64,000 nt of DNA, taken from NCBI GenBank assembly GCA_964036045.1, contig OZ038379.1, positions 26,102,001-26,166,000 on the forward strand, in the 5' to 3' direction. Within the stretch, counting starts at the first letter, position 1; every line of letters begins with the position of its first letter. The notes beneath the pieces are model-generated. The model made no database searches, was not told where the DNA came from, and saw only the letters and a list, made by a program, of their open reading frames with translations. The position numbers and the translations under genes were made by a program. This document shows positions 23,830-35,900 of this stretch, piece after piece. Origin of the DNA: Eutreptiella sp. 'Long Island Sound 2002'. Taxonomy: Eukaryota > Protista > Euglenida.

Positions 23830-26479
23830 TCAACCCCTCCAACTGTCATTTGTGTTGCACTTAACAAACAACATTGGTCCCACAAGTGTGGGTGTCAATA
23901 CATTCATTACAATAATGCTCCTTGCACTCATCACAAACTGCGACGGTGGAGCGTTCTGGCAACACAAAACACACACTTCCGCCTCATCCTCTGCCTCATC
24001 TTGCGTGGCGGCCGAGTTGCTTTGGTCAGTCCAAACCTGAGGCGGGACATGCTCCCATGGTCCGTAGGGGGGGTGACGGACTTGCCTCCGGATGCAAAAC
24101 TGAGTGAAATGCAACAAAATGCGGACTGACTGGTGCAACTCATTGGGGCCGCCACGCCAGATGTTCCTAACCAAATCCCAATGCCACAACCGAGCAAACA
24201 GCTGCTCAATGCGTGCCCTGTACCACCCATGGACATCATTGTAACCTTGTTGGCGGGCTGTCATTGTGCCATTCTTTCTTCCAATGAATGGCACAATGAC
24301 ATGAATCCGGCCTTTATAAGCGCCATCATGGCCCCCAACTTCAAAATCAAAGAAATCCCCTCGGGTACGAGAAGGTCCGTACCCATCCCAAATCAAAACA
24401 TCTGCTGATGTCCCGGGGGCCAAGGGGCAAATCCATACAATGTTGCCCAACATATCAACGGCAACAGTGACCTTGTAAACATGCGACGCATACTTAGGAT
24501 TCCACATGTCTGCACTCCATATCCCGCCAATGGAACTGATGGGCATGGAGTCTGTGAAATGCGTCATAAAGAATGGAAAATGGGGACAATGGTTGAAAGG
24601 ATTCAACCTGTCGGCCCATCGAATCTCTTGAACAACATGGTTAAGGTATTCGCGAGCACGGGCAACACTCTGCCGCCAGGCAACCTCCGAACCTTCTGCG
24701 TGAGACATGAAAGCACCGCTCTGTGCCGGTGGGGTGTGCTTCATCCAGAAAAAAAATTGAAACAATGACTCACGGTCGAGGAGCTCGTGGTGCCCGTACT
24801 TCATCCAAAATTCCTCCATTGTTTCGGCATCTGCACCCATCCGTGCAACTTGGGTACACACACAGGTGGACTTACACCGTTTCACCCACCATTGGACACC
24901 ACCACCCTTGCCATCGTCGTAGACGGGGTGCAAAGGGTGTGCCAAGTTCTTAGACACGGCGAGGAGATATTCCAAAATCTCATCCTCTGTCTTTTTGTTC
25001 TCCCTCGCAACCTCTTCCGCTGTGTACTCTCTTTCCGTGGAGGGTTCGACAGGGTTGGGCTGGGGCTTGGGTTTGCCTTTCGCGGACTTAGATTTGCGTT
25101 GAGGTTTGGGTTGGGGTTTGGGTTCAGGGTTGGGTTGAGGTTTGGGTTCAGGTTTGGGTTGAGGTTTGGGTTGAGGTTTGGGTTGAGGTTTGGGTTGAGG
25201 TTTGGGCTGGGCATAAAAAGCGGCAGGGGCCACAGTTCCCCCCTCCAGATGCTCCGTGTCCTTTGGTAGGTGGTGGCCTTTGCCAAAGGTGAGGATTTGT
25301 TGGACTATCTTAGGCACGGCAATGTCCTGTTCTATATAGTGGGGATGCTCCTTCGCCCAAAAATCAATGTGCGCTGTTCGAAACCGGCGCATGAAAATAG
25401 TGCGTTCCAGGGGCCCACATTTTTCCAGGGTCAGTTGGTTAGGTGTTGCAGACTTCGGGAACCGTTCCTTTAGTTGATCCAAAAAAGCAGTTTCCCGGCG
25501 ATGCAAGTCACCAATCTTCTTCTGGATGTGGTCCATGTACTGCAAAACCGGCGTGGCATGTAGGGTACCACTGCCGGCGGGGATCTTCGCCTGCCGCACG
25601 CGATGAGACCCGCCCGCCTTGAACGCTCCCTTGGACTGCTTCAGCTTCGTGTCCGCGAGAACTTGAAACCGGCGGCGGTATGCGACCCAATGCTGGTGGC
25701 GATTTGTTGCTATCCCAAAGCGGGGGAGGAAGCGGCTGGCCGCATTGTTAAATGGCCTGTGACAGACAGACACACACAACATATATGCATTGCATAGTAA
25801 TTGGGAAGACGGACACGATATATCCGACAGCCGTGACATCATCATGGAGCGTGAGGGCTGGCGAATACCTGCGACCCGTTGAAGGGGTGTTGTCTTCCAG
25901 CCATGCGCAGACTTCAGCCCATTGCTCGTTTGATAATTGCACGGGTAAAGTCTTCGCCAGCTGGCGAATTTCTTTATCACGCGCACGAGCCTTTGCTGAT
26001 GTTTGCGATTCACGCCTTCCTCGCCGTACCTCTTGGTCTTCATCATCCGAAAGTAGCCCAGGGGGCGCCGGAGAGGCGGAGCGCGATGGGGCATGGCTGC
26101 GTGATGGGGACCGCGATGATGTTCGTAGCGGGGAGCGGCCACGGAGAGGGGTGCCACCACTCGTGTCATCAAGGATGTCGGCGGCCGGTGGACTTGAGGG
26201 GGGTGGTGTGGGTGAACGGCCACGGAGATAGCTACCACCAGTCGCATCACCGGGGACGTCGGCGGCTGGTGGACTTGAGGGGGTTGGTGGGGGTGAGTCC
26301 CAACTCGGGATACCGAAGGAGAGGGCGTCGATGGGGCAATGATGGTTGATGACGCGCACCCCATCTTGCAGGTACTCCAACTCCACGTACCCTTCGTCCG
26401 TATGGCCAGCTACCTTCGCAGGTACGCGAAGCCCAGTCGACCGAGTGTAAAAGACGCTGTCCCCAATCTTCAAATCCAT
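23830..26479 (-). CDS. DDE transposase (DDE_Tnp_4 / Harbinger type) with N-terminal Tudor/SH3-like domain; 2 exons (26479-25869, 25756-23830), 845 aa
   Basis: A phase-2 GT-AG intron at 25868-25757 joins ORF 25748-26491 to ORF 23830-26364 in frame (611+1927 nt = 846 codons including the stop). Catalytic motifs FTDSMP, HDGAYKG and [11 protein letters not shown]; a (KPQP)n linker. Confidence 0.85.
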
Positions 26480-26814
26480 ATCGAAAAGCAAAAGAGGTCT
26501 GAGGACGCGAACAGCAAAAATTGATCTCCCGCAGCAGACACGCTGAATGTATCACCATATTACCAGCTCAGCGTGCCCGTTTCAAAGTGCACATGCACGC
26601 ATTTCAGGAACTACGCAACAAAACACAACGCAACGCAACGCAAAGAAGAAAGAAAGAAAGCCCCTTTTTGCCTCCTTCTCGAGCCGGGGAAAAGCTCGAG
26701 GCAGGGATCTTCAAGCCCCTGATTGCCTCCTCCTCAAGCCGGGGTATGAAAGCTCGAGGCAGGGATCTTCAAGTGCCGGTATCGGCGAATTGGACACAAA
26801 CAACAACACAAGCA

Positions 26815-27690
26815 ACAAAGCGTGGATTCAAAGATCGTCCCGGTTTCCTCAATAGCACCGGACGGTTGGGGCCCAAAAGAGGGCGGAAATGCTACATCAC
26901 CCCTGCATTCTCGGGGGTCCCCAACAAAGGGAACAAAATCGGAAGTCAAAACCTACGCCGGGGGTCACCATGACGCACCAGGCAACAAAGCGTGGATTCA
27001 AAGATTGTCCCGGTTTCCTCAATAGCACCGGACGGTTGGGGCCCAAAAGAGGGCGGAAATGCTACATCACCCGTGCATTCTCGGGGGTCCCCAACAAAGG
27101 GAACAAAATCAAAACTCAAAACCTACGCCGGGGGTCACCATGATGCACCACGCAACAAAGCGTGGATTCAAAGATTGTCCCGGTTTCGTCAATAGCATCA
27201 GACGGTTGGGGCCCAAAAGAGGGCGGAAATGGTACATCACCCCTGCATTCTCGGGGGTCCCCAACAAAGGGAACAAAATCGGAAGTCAAAACCTACGCCG
27301 GGGGTCACCATGACGCACCACGCAACAAAGCGTGGATTCAAAGATTGTCCCGGTTTCCTCAATAGCACCGGACGGTTGGGGCCCAAAAGAGGGCGGAAAT
27401 GCTACATCACCCCTGCATTCTCGGGGGTCCCCAACAAAGGGAACAAAATCAAAACTCAAAACCTACGCCGGGGGTCACCATGATGCACCACGCAACAAAG
27501 CGTGGATTCAAAGATTGTCCAGGTTTCGTCAATAGCACCAGACGGTTGGGGCCCAAAAGAGGGCGGAAATGGTACATCACCCCTGCATTCTCGGGGGTCC
27601 CCAACAAAGGGAACAAAATCGGAAGTCAAAACCTACGCCGGGGGTCACCATGATGTAGCACGCAACGAAGCGTGGATTCAAAGATTGTCC
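26815..27690 (-). repeat. 170-bp tandem array (about 5 units) in the 5' region of G
   Basis: GGGGTCCCCAACAAAGGGAACAAAATC recurs every 170 bp (about 26914, 27084, 27254, 27424, 27594). Confidence 0.95.
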
Positions 27691-27789
27691 TAAGTGCGCC
27701 CCCTTAGCGCACCCCCTAAAAGGTCACCGGTGGGGCACGGGTCCAAAAAGATGCCCGGCGCGCGCCCGGCGCGCTAACGTTCCCCCAAG

Positions 27790-28065
27790 GGCCGGATTCA
27801 TGTCATTGTGCCTCTCATTGGAAGAAAGAATGGCACTTTGACAGCCCGCCAACAATGTTACAATGACGTGCACGGGTGGTATAGGGCACACATTGAGCAG
27901 CTGTTTGCTCGGTTGTGGCACGCAAGATGAGGCAGAGGATGAGGCAGAAGTGTGTGTGTTGTGTTGCCAGAACGCTCCACCGTCGCAGTTTGTGATGAGT
28001 GTAAGGAGCACCATTGTACTGAATGTATTGACACCCACACTTGTGGGACCAATGTTATGATGCAG
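27790..28065 (+). pseudogene. Transposase remnant of D, 3' piece (further internal deletion), including the Cys-finger segment
   Basis: [43 protein letters not shown], then [15 protein letters not shown] and [24 protein letters not shown]. Confidence 0.85.
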
Positions 28066-29429
28066 CTCTACTGTTCGCGACACCTCAATAACGCCTATCG
28101 CTTCTACTGGAGATCGATGCGGTTGTGCTATCCTAACCCCCCATTCTCCCAACTTGCTTGTTGACCAAGATCGCCCTAAAAGGAGCGAGAGTGGTACTGT
28201 GTACCCCAGTTTGCAACTTTCTTGAGCTGGGGCAGTTTGGGTCACCTAATTCTAAGGGCGTTTCCAAGGGGTGTGCTTGGGGGCTCTTCGGGGGGAACAT
28301 AGTCTAAAAGTAGCGCGCCGGGCGCGTGCAGGGCGCGCGCCATGCAAACATTCCCCCAAGGGGTGGGGGACGACAAGGCGGGGTGAGGGTATGTTAGAAA
28401 TGTGCCAAACCGCCCACTATCCCCTCTTTAGCAATCCCTACACTTAATGGAAACATCCGTGGTGTCTGCGGCACATTTCGCACCCGCGCGCCCCGCGTTT
28501 ATGGCGCTACGTGTGCGCACATGGCACCCCAAGATGTTTGCCCCTGCAAACATCTTAGTGCGTGCACCCTGTACACACACTGCACACCACTTTCAGCGCA
28601 TGTAATGCAAGAAATGCCCCCAGATGAATTGGCCCCAACAAGGTATCCTCCATGAAACACAACGCAGGCATAGGCTTTCGCATGGCAGCCCGTTTGATTG
28701 CAAGCACCCACATCCACACAGCGGCAAACAGACTGTATGGTGCGACCGTCAGGTGGCCTCCTTCTGCACTGCATGCAGTGCGCACACACCCTGTGCTCAA
28801 AGGTTCTCTCTGTAACTCAAAGGTTCTCTCTGTAACAGACATCCGAACTCAAAAAAACTGCATCCAGTACAATCCTCACACATTGTTGCCATCAGCCATG
28901 CTTGAGAAAAGGCTTTAAACGAGATCTGGCTCCTGTTTTGGAATGTACTGTCTTTCCCTGCTCCTGGAGATGAGGAGGGCGCAAGCATTAGAGCAATGCA
29001 TATAGGGGGGGCATTCCAACGCAGCAGGTATCTGTGACCTTGCCAGCCTTGCTCATTCGTCATTTTGGGGGTGTGGCTGCAGACGTACAGTGCACTTAAC
29101 ATCTGTTTCCCTATTAAGGAACCTGAAGTGAGCTTGCTGGGGAGTGAATCCCTAATGCTACAGGTGGAAGCAGTTTCCGGCTGAATCGGACCCCTCCCCC
29201 CCCCCCCGTCCAAGGAGGCCAAAAGTCAGAAAAACAACGGTCAGACGGGCTCATGTGCTTGGACAAGCCCATGCTTGCGCGTGACACGCGGTACCAAAAG
29301 AACGTATATCGCCGAACACCTGCCCGTACCTCACCCTAATCACAATTGTTGCAACAGGGCACTACAACACTATGTGCAGGCAAATTTCAGCATGTTCTGG
29401 AGGTCCTCACTGCCCATCAGGGGCATCAG

Positions 29430-29950
29430 GAGCTGTGGAATAGAAGCCCTTTCCAACCTTGTGCCTCATCTTGAGCAATTGCACATGCTTGCCCTGACCG
29501 CCCTCATGCCGGGGAGGCCTCTGAAGGTTCGGGGGAAGGGCTGCGGATCGCGAATAGGACACGGTCCATAGGAGCATGATGCTCAAGCTCATGCCCATTC
29601 TGCATGTACTTCACGTGAAAGAAACCATCCCCACGAGTAGAAGGACCAGCAATTGTGGCAGGCACATGTCCACCGGTGGACCAGACGTACGCAACAGCCA
29701 TGCCGGGAGTGGCAACATCAACCATGGCTGAAAATCACACCAAAACAGACAGCATTGGGTTGCAGTTGCAAGTGGAATGTTGGTATGAGCAGGAGGAACT
29801 ACCAGAAGCATGATCCAGCTCCCCTTTCCCTCTACAATCAAAGCACAACCCCGTAACGTCACATTTCTGACCAGAAAAGCCGTGGTCAGAAGAATCCAGA
29901 AAAACGACGGTCAGACGGGCTCATGTGCTTGGACAAGACAGTGCTTGGAC
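29430..29950 (-). pseudogene. Diverged Tudor/SH3-like coding remnant, duplicated at about 32370-32940
   Basis: VAYVWSTGGHVPATIAGPSTRGDGFFHVKY resembles [25 protein letters not shown]. The nucleotide block is shared with 32370-32940 (for example GGTCAGACGGGCTCATGTGCTTGGACAAG). Confidence 0.55.
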
Positions 29951-32369
29951 AAGGGGGGGAAGGTAGTACAGATCTCTGGTTGGGTTTCATAAAACAACTC
30001 TGACCCTAGGGACGCAAAGTGTTGCTTGTAAGAAGGGCAGAGTAGTGGCAAACAAGCCAGCTAAATTGAGTCGCGCATGTCCTGATGGAGAGGCAAGAAA
30101 TGACAATTCACAGTTGTGACATTGCAGAAGAGTTTCAGCATGATTGTTCCAACAGAAATCAAACAGGTGTTGGAACCAGAACGGTGCCCAGGAGGAGTGG
30201 GAACATTCTGGGTCAGTGGCTATGGACCTGAATGTCGAGCATGCCACAACAATTTGCACTGTAGATTCTGCACACACTTGTTGAACTTCATGGAAGGTGA
30301 GACTGCGCAGTGAATGAAAGTGGTGCTGTCAAAGATGAACCATGCTGGGTTCCTGAGTTGGGGATGTGGTCAACAGGTGGATACGTAGGTAAGATTAGGG
30401 AGAAGAGCGAAATGCCATGGAATGCCATTTGTTTACACTCTGGGGTCTGTAAAAATGGCAAAAAAATGGCAAACACCAAAAACGAAAACCAAAATGCTAC
30501 CCTCAACTAAAATTCTGGGGGTGGGCTGATTCGTCATTCCAGAGCAATGGGCAGCTATCCACCTACCCTGCCCTCCCCCCTTGTATAAGCTACGCCAAAA
30601 TCCCAAATTAATACGGTCCCTACGCCTACTGTAGCTTGGACACGGGTGTAGCTTGCGCGCGACACATACAACTACCAACACCGGGCACCCAGGCCCAAAA
30701 AGAGAGGATTGCATGGTGAGCTGGTGCAAGCAAGGGGAATACAATGCACAAGGATACCAAAAATCAGAGCTATGTGGGTTCAAGTGGGCAAACACTCACA
30801 ACAAATGTGTCCATGACTCTATGTGACTCGCAAATTCGTCACCAAACCCATGTCTTATTTGGCTGCACTATGTTTGGTACCGAATTAAAATCAGGTCCCA
30901 AATTAATATGGTCCCTACGCCTACTGTAGCTTGGACAAGGGCGTAGCTTATCTGCAGAACGGTGGAAAGTCCAGCAATAGGTCCCCACCGACAGACCTAT
31001 GCCCTCATCAAGTACCTCGCGGCGCAGCCGCGGCACAAATTGTTCATACTGTCCATCAAGGCGCCGTTAGGCGCCAACACCACTTGTTCACAGGTCCAGC
31101 AAGGCGCCGTTAGGCGCCGTCACAGATTGGGTTTCAGGTCAGGGTCGTGCCTTTAGGTCACGTCAGGTACACTCTTGATTACCCTCCTGGTCACGGATCA
31201 AGGGCGTAGCTTATCTGCAGAGCGGTGGAAAGTCCAGCATTACGTCCCCACTGACAGACGTATGCCCTCAACATGTATCGTGCGGCGAGGCCGCTGGCAA
31301 ATGTCGGAAACGGCGCCGTCAGGCGCCAACACAATGTGCTCAGAAGTCCAGGAAGGCGCCGCCAGGCGCCAGCACAGATGGTTCAAGGGCGTAGCTTATA
31401 CAAGGGGGGGGGGGGGACCAATTTGTTCTGGAGTTCCCCTCCACTCAGTGGCATCCTCAAGTGGGCGTGTCGTGCAGGAGACTCTGAATGTCATGTTGAG
31501 AGTGTTGGCGGCTGTGTCCCATTGATGATGTGATCCCCACTTTTTAGGGCTGTCGGATAGTGGGCCATTGGCAAAGGGGGGCCATGTTTCTTACTTCCAG
31601 AGGGGGGTCCATTGATGTCGGGGGGCATTGGCGTAGGGACAGGGTGGCGGGTAATTCCAGCCATGAGCAGTGTAATGCAAGCATGTGCAGTGTTCCGTTT
31701 CTGGTTGGGATGGCATGCCATCCAATGCACCATCATATGCTGCAAGGCAAGGAAGATCTGTGTGCATCAGATAGCAGTCCTGGCATCTATGCTGCCACAG
31801 AGAACACGTCAGAAAAAAGTAGCCCCCTTGTCCTAGCACAGGCCAGGTTCTGGTTTGTGGGGCAAAAGTGCAGAAACATGGGGTTGCCGTGTTTGGACAG
31901 CCTGTGTTACCGCATGGCACGCAACATGGAACACATGTTACAGACATAAGCCAACCCTTGTTCATGACTGAAAAAAGGTGTCCAACAGGCCAGCATACAT
32001 CTTTTGTTGGGGGGGGGTCCTTTGCCAGTCCTCAGTACGGCCCCTTTCAGGGAGCGGAACAAGAGCACATGGAATTACAGCTACACCAACACTTTGACAC
32101 CCATATGGACCCTTCCTGCAGCCTGCACAAAAGATGCAAACCACATTCTCTACTGGATTGGAACCACAAAACGGGTGGTTCCAAAAAGGGCCCAAAAGTG
32201 CGAAAACACCGGGTCGCCGTGTTTGAACAAGCGGGTGTGAGGACGGGGGGGGGGGGGGGGAGCACAGACATGACAGCACAAACTAAGAGGCTGCAAGCAA
32301 ACATGGCACTAGAACATGATGTGTAGGCAAAATTCTGTATGGTCCTCATGTAGTTACTGCCCATCAACA

Positions 32370-32940
32370 GGTGTGGAATAGAAGCCCTTTCCAACCTTGC
32401 GCTTCATCATAAACAGTTGCACATGCTTCCCCTTTGGGGCACGCTTCGGAGCATGCTTGGCTGCAGGTTGTGCCGCCCTCGTGTTGGTGAGGCCTCCAAA
32501 CCTGCCTCTGATGGTGATGGGGATGGGCTGCGAATTGGGAAGCAAACACGATCAAAAAGGGCATGATGCTCAAGGTCATGCCCATTCCTCGTGTACTTCG
32601 AATGAAGTCATCCCCATGCGTAGAAGGACCAACATTAGTGGCAGTGACATGCTCACCAGTGGATTGGATGTATGTGACACGCAAGCCAGCGATAGCAACT
32701 TTATTCATGATTGGAAACCACAGCAAAACAGATAGCATTGGGTTGCAGTACCAATCAAATGTTGTTGTGAGCAAGAGGAACCATCACAAAACATGAAACC
32801 ACCCCCTCTTCCCCTCTACAATCAGTACACAATCACCAAGTGTTGGATGTGTGACCATAAAACCATGGTCAGAAAAAACCATCAAAACAACGGTCACACG
32901 GGGTCTTCGTGCTTGGACAAGCCCATGCTTGGACAGGGAG
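32370..32940 (-). pseudogene. Second copy of the diverged Tudor/SH3-like remnant
   Basis: LRVTYIQSTGEHVTATNVGPSTHGDDF ... KGKHVQLFMMKRKVGKGFYS. Confidence 0.5.
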
Positions 32941-35900
32941 GGGGGGGGTATGGTACTCGAGACAACCTCTCGGATTCAAGATTCACAGCAGTCCCATGAT
33001 TTGTTTTGACGTTGGGGGGGGGGGGGCATCGCCATGGGCAGGGAGTGGTGGGTACTTCCAGCCAGTAGTAATGCAATGCGAGCACATGCAGTGTTCCCTT
33101 CTTGGTTGGAAGGGCATGCCATCCAATGCACCATCATTACTGCAAAGGAAGGAGGTTCTGTGTCCATCAGATATCAGGCCTGGCATCCATGACGCCACAG
33201 AGAAGCTGTTAGAAATGAAGCACAAACACGACACCAGAAACTAAGACTGAGGCTGCAAGCATGGCACTCATTGGGAAAAGGCACATCTGCACCCATTGAG
33301 GAAAAACACTGTTCGGTGTGTTTGCTGGCATCAGTGTAAGGGACTGCACTGTGGCTGAGACCCTGTCTGAGATGAGGGAGACGCAAATACTACGTTTTTT
33401 TGGCATGAAGAAGCTGTATCTTAGACAAGGGGGACGGGGGTAAAAAATTCCAGAAAATGCAGTGGCGGACATGGCACGTCGTGAAGTAACACCAAATCCA
33501 AATCCGTTCTCTTTTAGTGCAGTGACCTGCAGGCAACCCAAAGCCCGAGACTGAGTGATCCAATCTTGGTTTGCTTCTGGCACATCATCTTTCCAGATGT
33601 GCAGCATGGCCAGAAAATTTCAGTCGTAGCTCGTTGCCTGCACGTCTGCAACTGTCTACGAAACCCATCTGCCCTGCTGACTGCAACCTAATGTATCACA
33701 GTGCACAACGATCTGCTACGCTGCAAGAACAGCAGATACGTGAGGGCATTATTAAATTATTAAGTGTCTGGCACGCATGACAGCAATCCAACGAAAGCAG
33801 CTTTCAGTGCCTTGCTATATGTGCCTTGCTATATTCGCAACTGCACCATGGCACTCAAACACAGCAGGACACTGTGAGACTAGATCATTGCACTCGAATA
33901 CATATTTATACCTTGGCTCAGTGAATGAGGTACTGAGGGGCAGCACACCGCAACAGTGCAGGTAATCACTGTGCACATATTGCCTGATCCTAATACCAGA
34001 AACATATGTAAATGCATACGCATGCGTATCGTGAGGCCAGGGGCCAAGACATATCAACAAGAAGAAAATGTATTATCTCTCAGCTGTATGAACCCCCCCA
34101 CCTTGCGCAAGGACTGTCAATGTTATGCTGCTTGACCAGCAGGCGGTTGTTGGACATTGCTCTCAGGCCAAAAAGCGCCGTTTCACAAAGGGTTGGTCGG
34201 GGATAATGCACATTAAGGTGCATAGCCCTTGGGCTTTAGGGCGTCCCCCTCTTGTGCTATCCTGGATCAGACGGCGTGAGAGAAGATGCCATCCTTGCTA
34301 ACAGAGCAATAGGCTCACACAAAGGTCGTTACACAAGGTGGGGTACAACCCAGGGGAACAATACAAAAAGCATCTGGGAAGGGAATCCTGGACTGTACAT
34401 CAGCAGGATCGCCTGGAATGCTCTCTGTGCTGTGATCCCAGAGGCTCGATCCACGCTGCTTTTGTTTGTACTGCTATGTTTTTGTGAAGGCTTCTAAACT
34501 GATGTGGCAGTAACATTGTGAGCGGGTATGGCAGAATGGAAAAGGTGTGTATTGCAGCACCTGTTTGTACGGATATGCGAAAACTGTCACAATCTGAGAA
34601 AAACAGGTGAATGACTGGCATTGAGCCGGATACTGGCCACCGAACACCCCTGCTCACTGTGAAAAAAACAGGTGAATAGGACAGTGGGAAAAGGGAAAAC
34701 TGGGGAAGGAAAGGGGCAAAAATGGTGAATGGAATGCATCTCTGCAGAATATCTTGCCTGTATGCATCACCCCAACTGAACCGCACATCCTTGGAGCATA
34801 TCTGCTACCATGTGCATGGTCAACTTTTGTCTTCAATGGACTCCACAAACACTGCGTTTCGTTTCATGACAGGTCATCCCCTCCCTCCCCTGCCATGAGG
34901 TAGGAGCACTCATTTGGGGCTTAAAACTTGAAACAAAGAAACAAAGCGTAGTATCACTGTAGCAACCGTAGCAACCGCCCCTGGATACAATGCTTCACTA
35001 TGTGATCAATGACACAAAACAACAGGAAACTGCCGCGCTCTGACGTAGGGCATCCTGAGAGTGAGAGGAGTGAGAGAGAATCCTAAATCCTGAATCCTAA
35101 GAGAGACTTTTGGAAAAAAATTTTCGACAGTATTACCACTAAGACGCAGTGCACGATTGTTTGCTCATAAAGCCTTTGGTGCACAGTAGACAATGTATTC
35201 ATGGCCGGCACGGCAAGAAATTATACATTCCTCAGTCTTTGGTGCAGATTGAGTCATGCTTTTCCTTCCAATCTGTGTCCTCTCTGGCACCAACACTAAG
35301 CATATTCAAAAAGATATGACGGCTCCTGCAACTTCAGTGCAAAAAGAAAGATGGTATTTTGAGCACGGGGAGTACCAGTGATCCTTGGTGTGTGCAGACA
35401 AGAAGGAAAACGGGCAAACCCACAGCAGCAGCACCTGAAGGCTCCGGGTTCCGATGTGATAGCATCGTTTTGTGCACATGCAAACATAACGATGTTGGGA
35501 CTCCCTGCACTGCAAAATATCCCATGCACTCGGGCGGCAAGGGGGTGAGGGCAAATGAGTACCCGGTTGCTTCTGACAGAAACAACCAAGCAGGGCTCCG
35601 GCAGGGAAAAGGTGGCTGGGCAATACTGCAAAAAATTCAAACAGAAATGGCTGATGATTTGCCGCTAGGCCACTTGCTTCCACAAAAGCGGTAGCTTATC
35701 AGTCGCTCAAAGGGAGGCAAATGAAGTGCGGGCCCGGCATATCACACTTGGGGTGCATAATTGCAAGTGTCCCCAGGGATGCACGTGCAGCAGGGGGGAG
35801 GGGGCCTAGGAAGCGGCTGAATAGCCACATCACACTTTGATGCCAAAGCAGGCACCCCCTCCCACTCCAAAAAAACATTATTAATGCACACCCCTGGGGG

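Larger units (their letters stand above)
23666..27786 (-). mobile_element. Full-length PIF/Harbinger (ISL2EU-like) DNA transposon G, 4121 bp, TSD AAG
   Basis: Imperfect 14-bp TIR GGGGGAAYGTTWGC; AAG at 23663-23665 and 27787-27789. Excision restores GAT GGT GCT TAT AAG GGC CGG ATT (DGAYKGRI) in D. Confidence 0.85.
23447..28357 (+). mobile_element. Internally deleted Harbinger-type element (D), TSD AAG, hosting full-length element G
   Basis: AAG at 23444-23446 and 28358-28360; ends GGGGGAACGTTAGC and GCAAACATTCCCCC. Transposase remnants on the plus strand at 23511-23665 and 27790-28065. Confidence 0.75.

Noticed and set aside
11685-27716. One 16-kb transposon with about 1-kb terminal inverted repeats
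   Set aside because: The two inverted copies of the array module each lie inside a separate element (K and G) with its own termini and TSD, and their outer ends do not match.
23665-27716. Alternative boundaries for G with a canonical TAA TSD
   Set aside because: TAA does flank these positions, but the AAG model (23666-27786) ends in a terminus nearly identical to D's left end and exactly restores D's reading frame; the TAA model leaves 70 bp unexplained.
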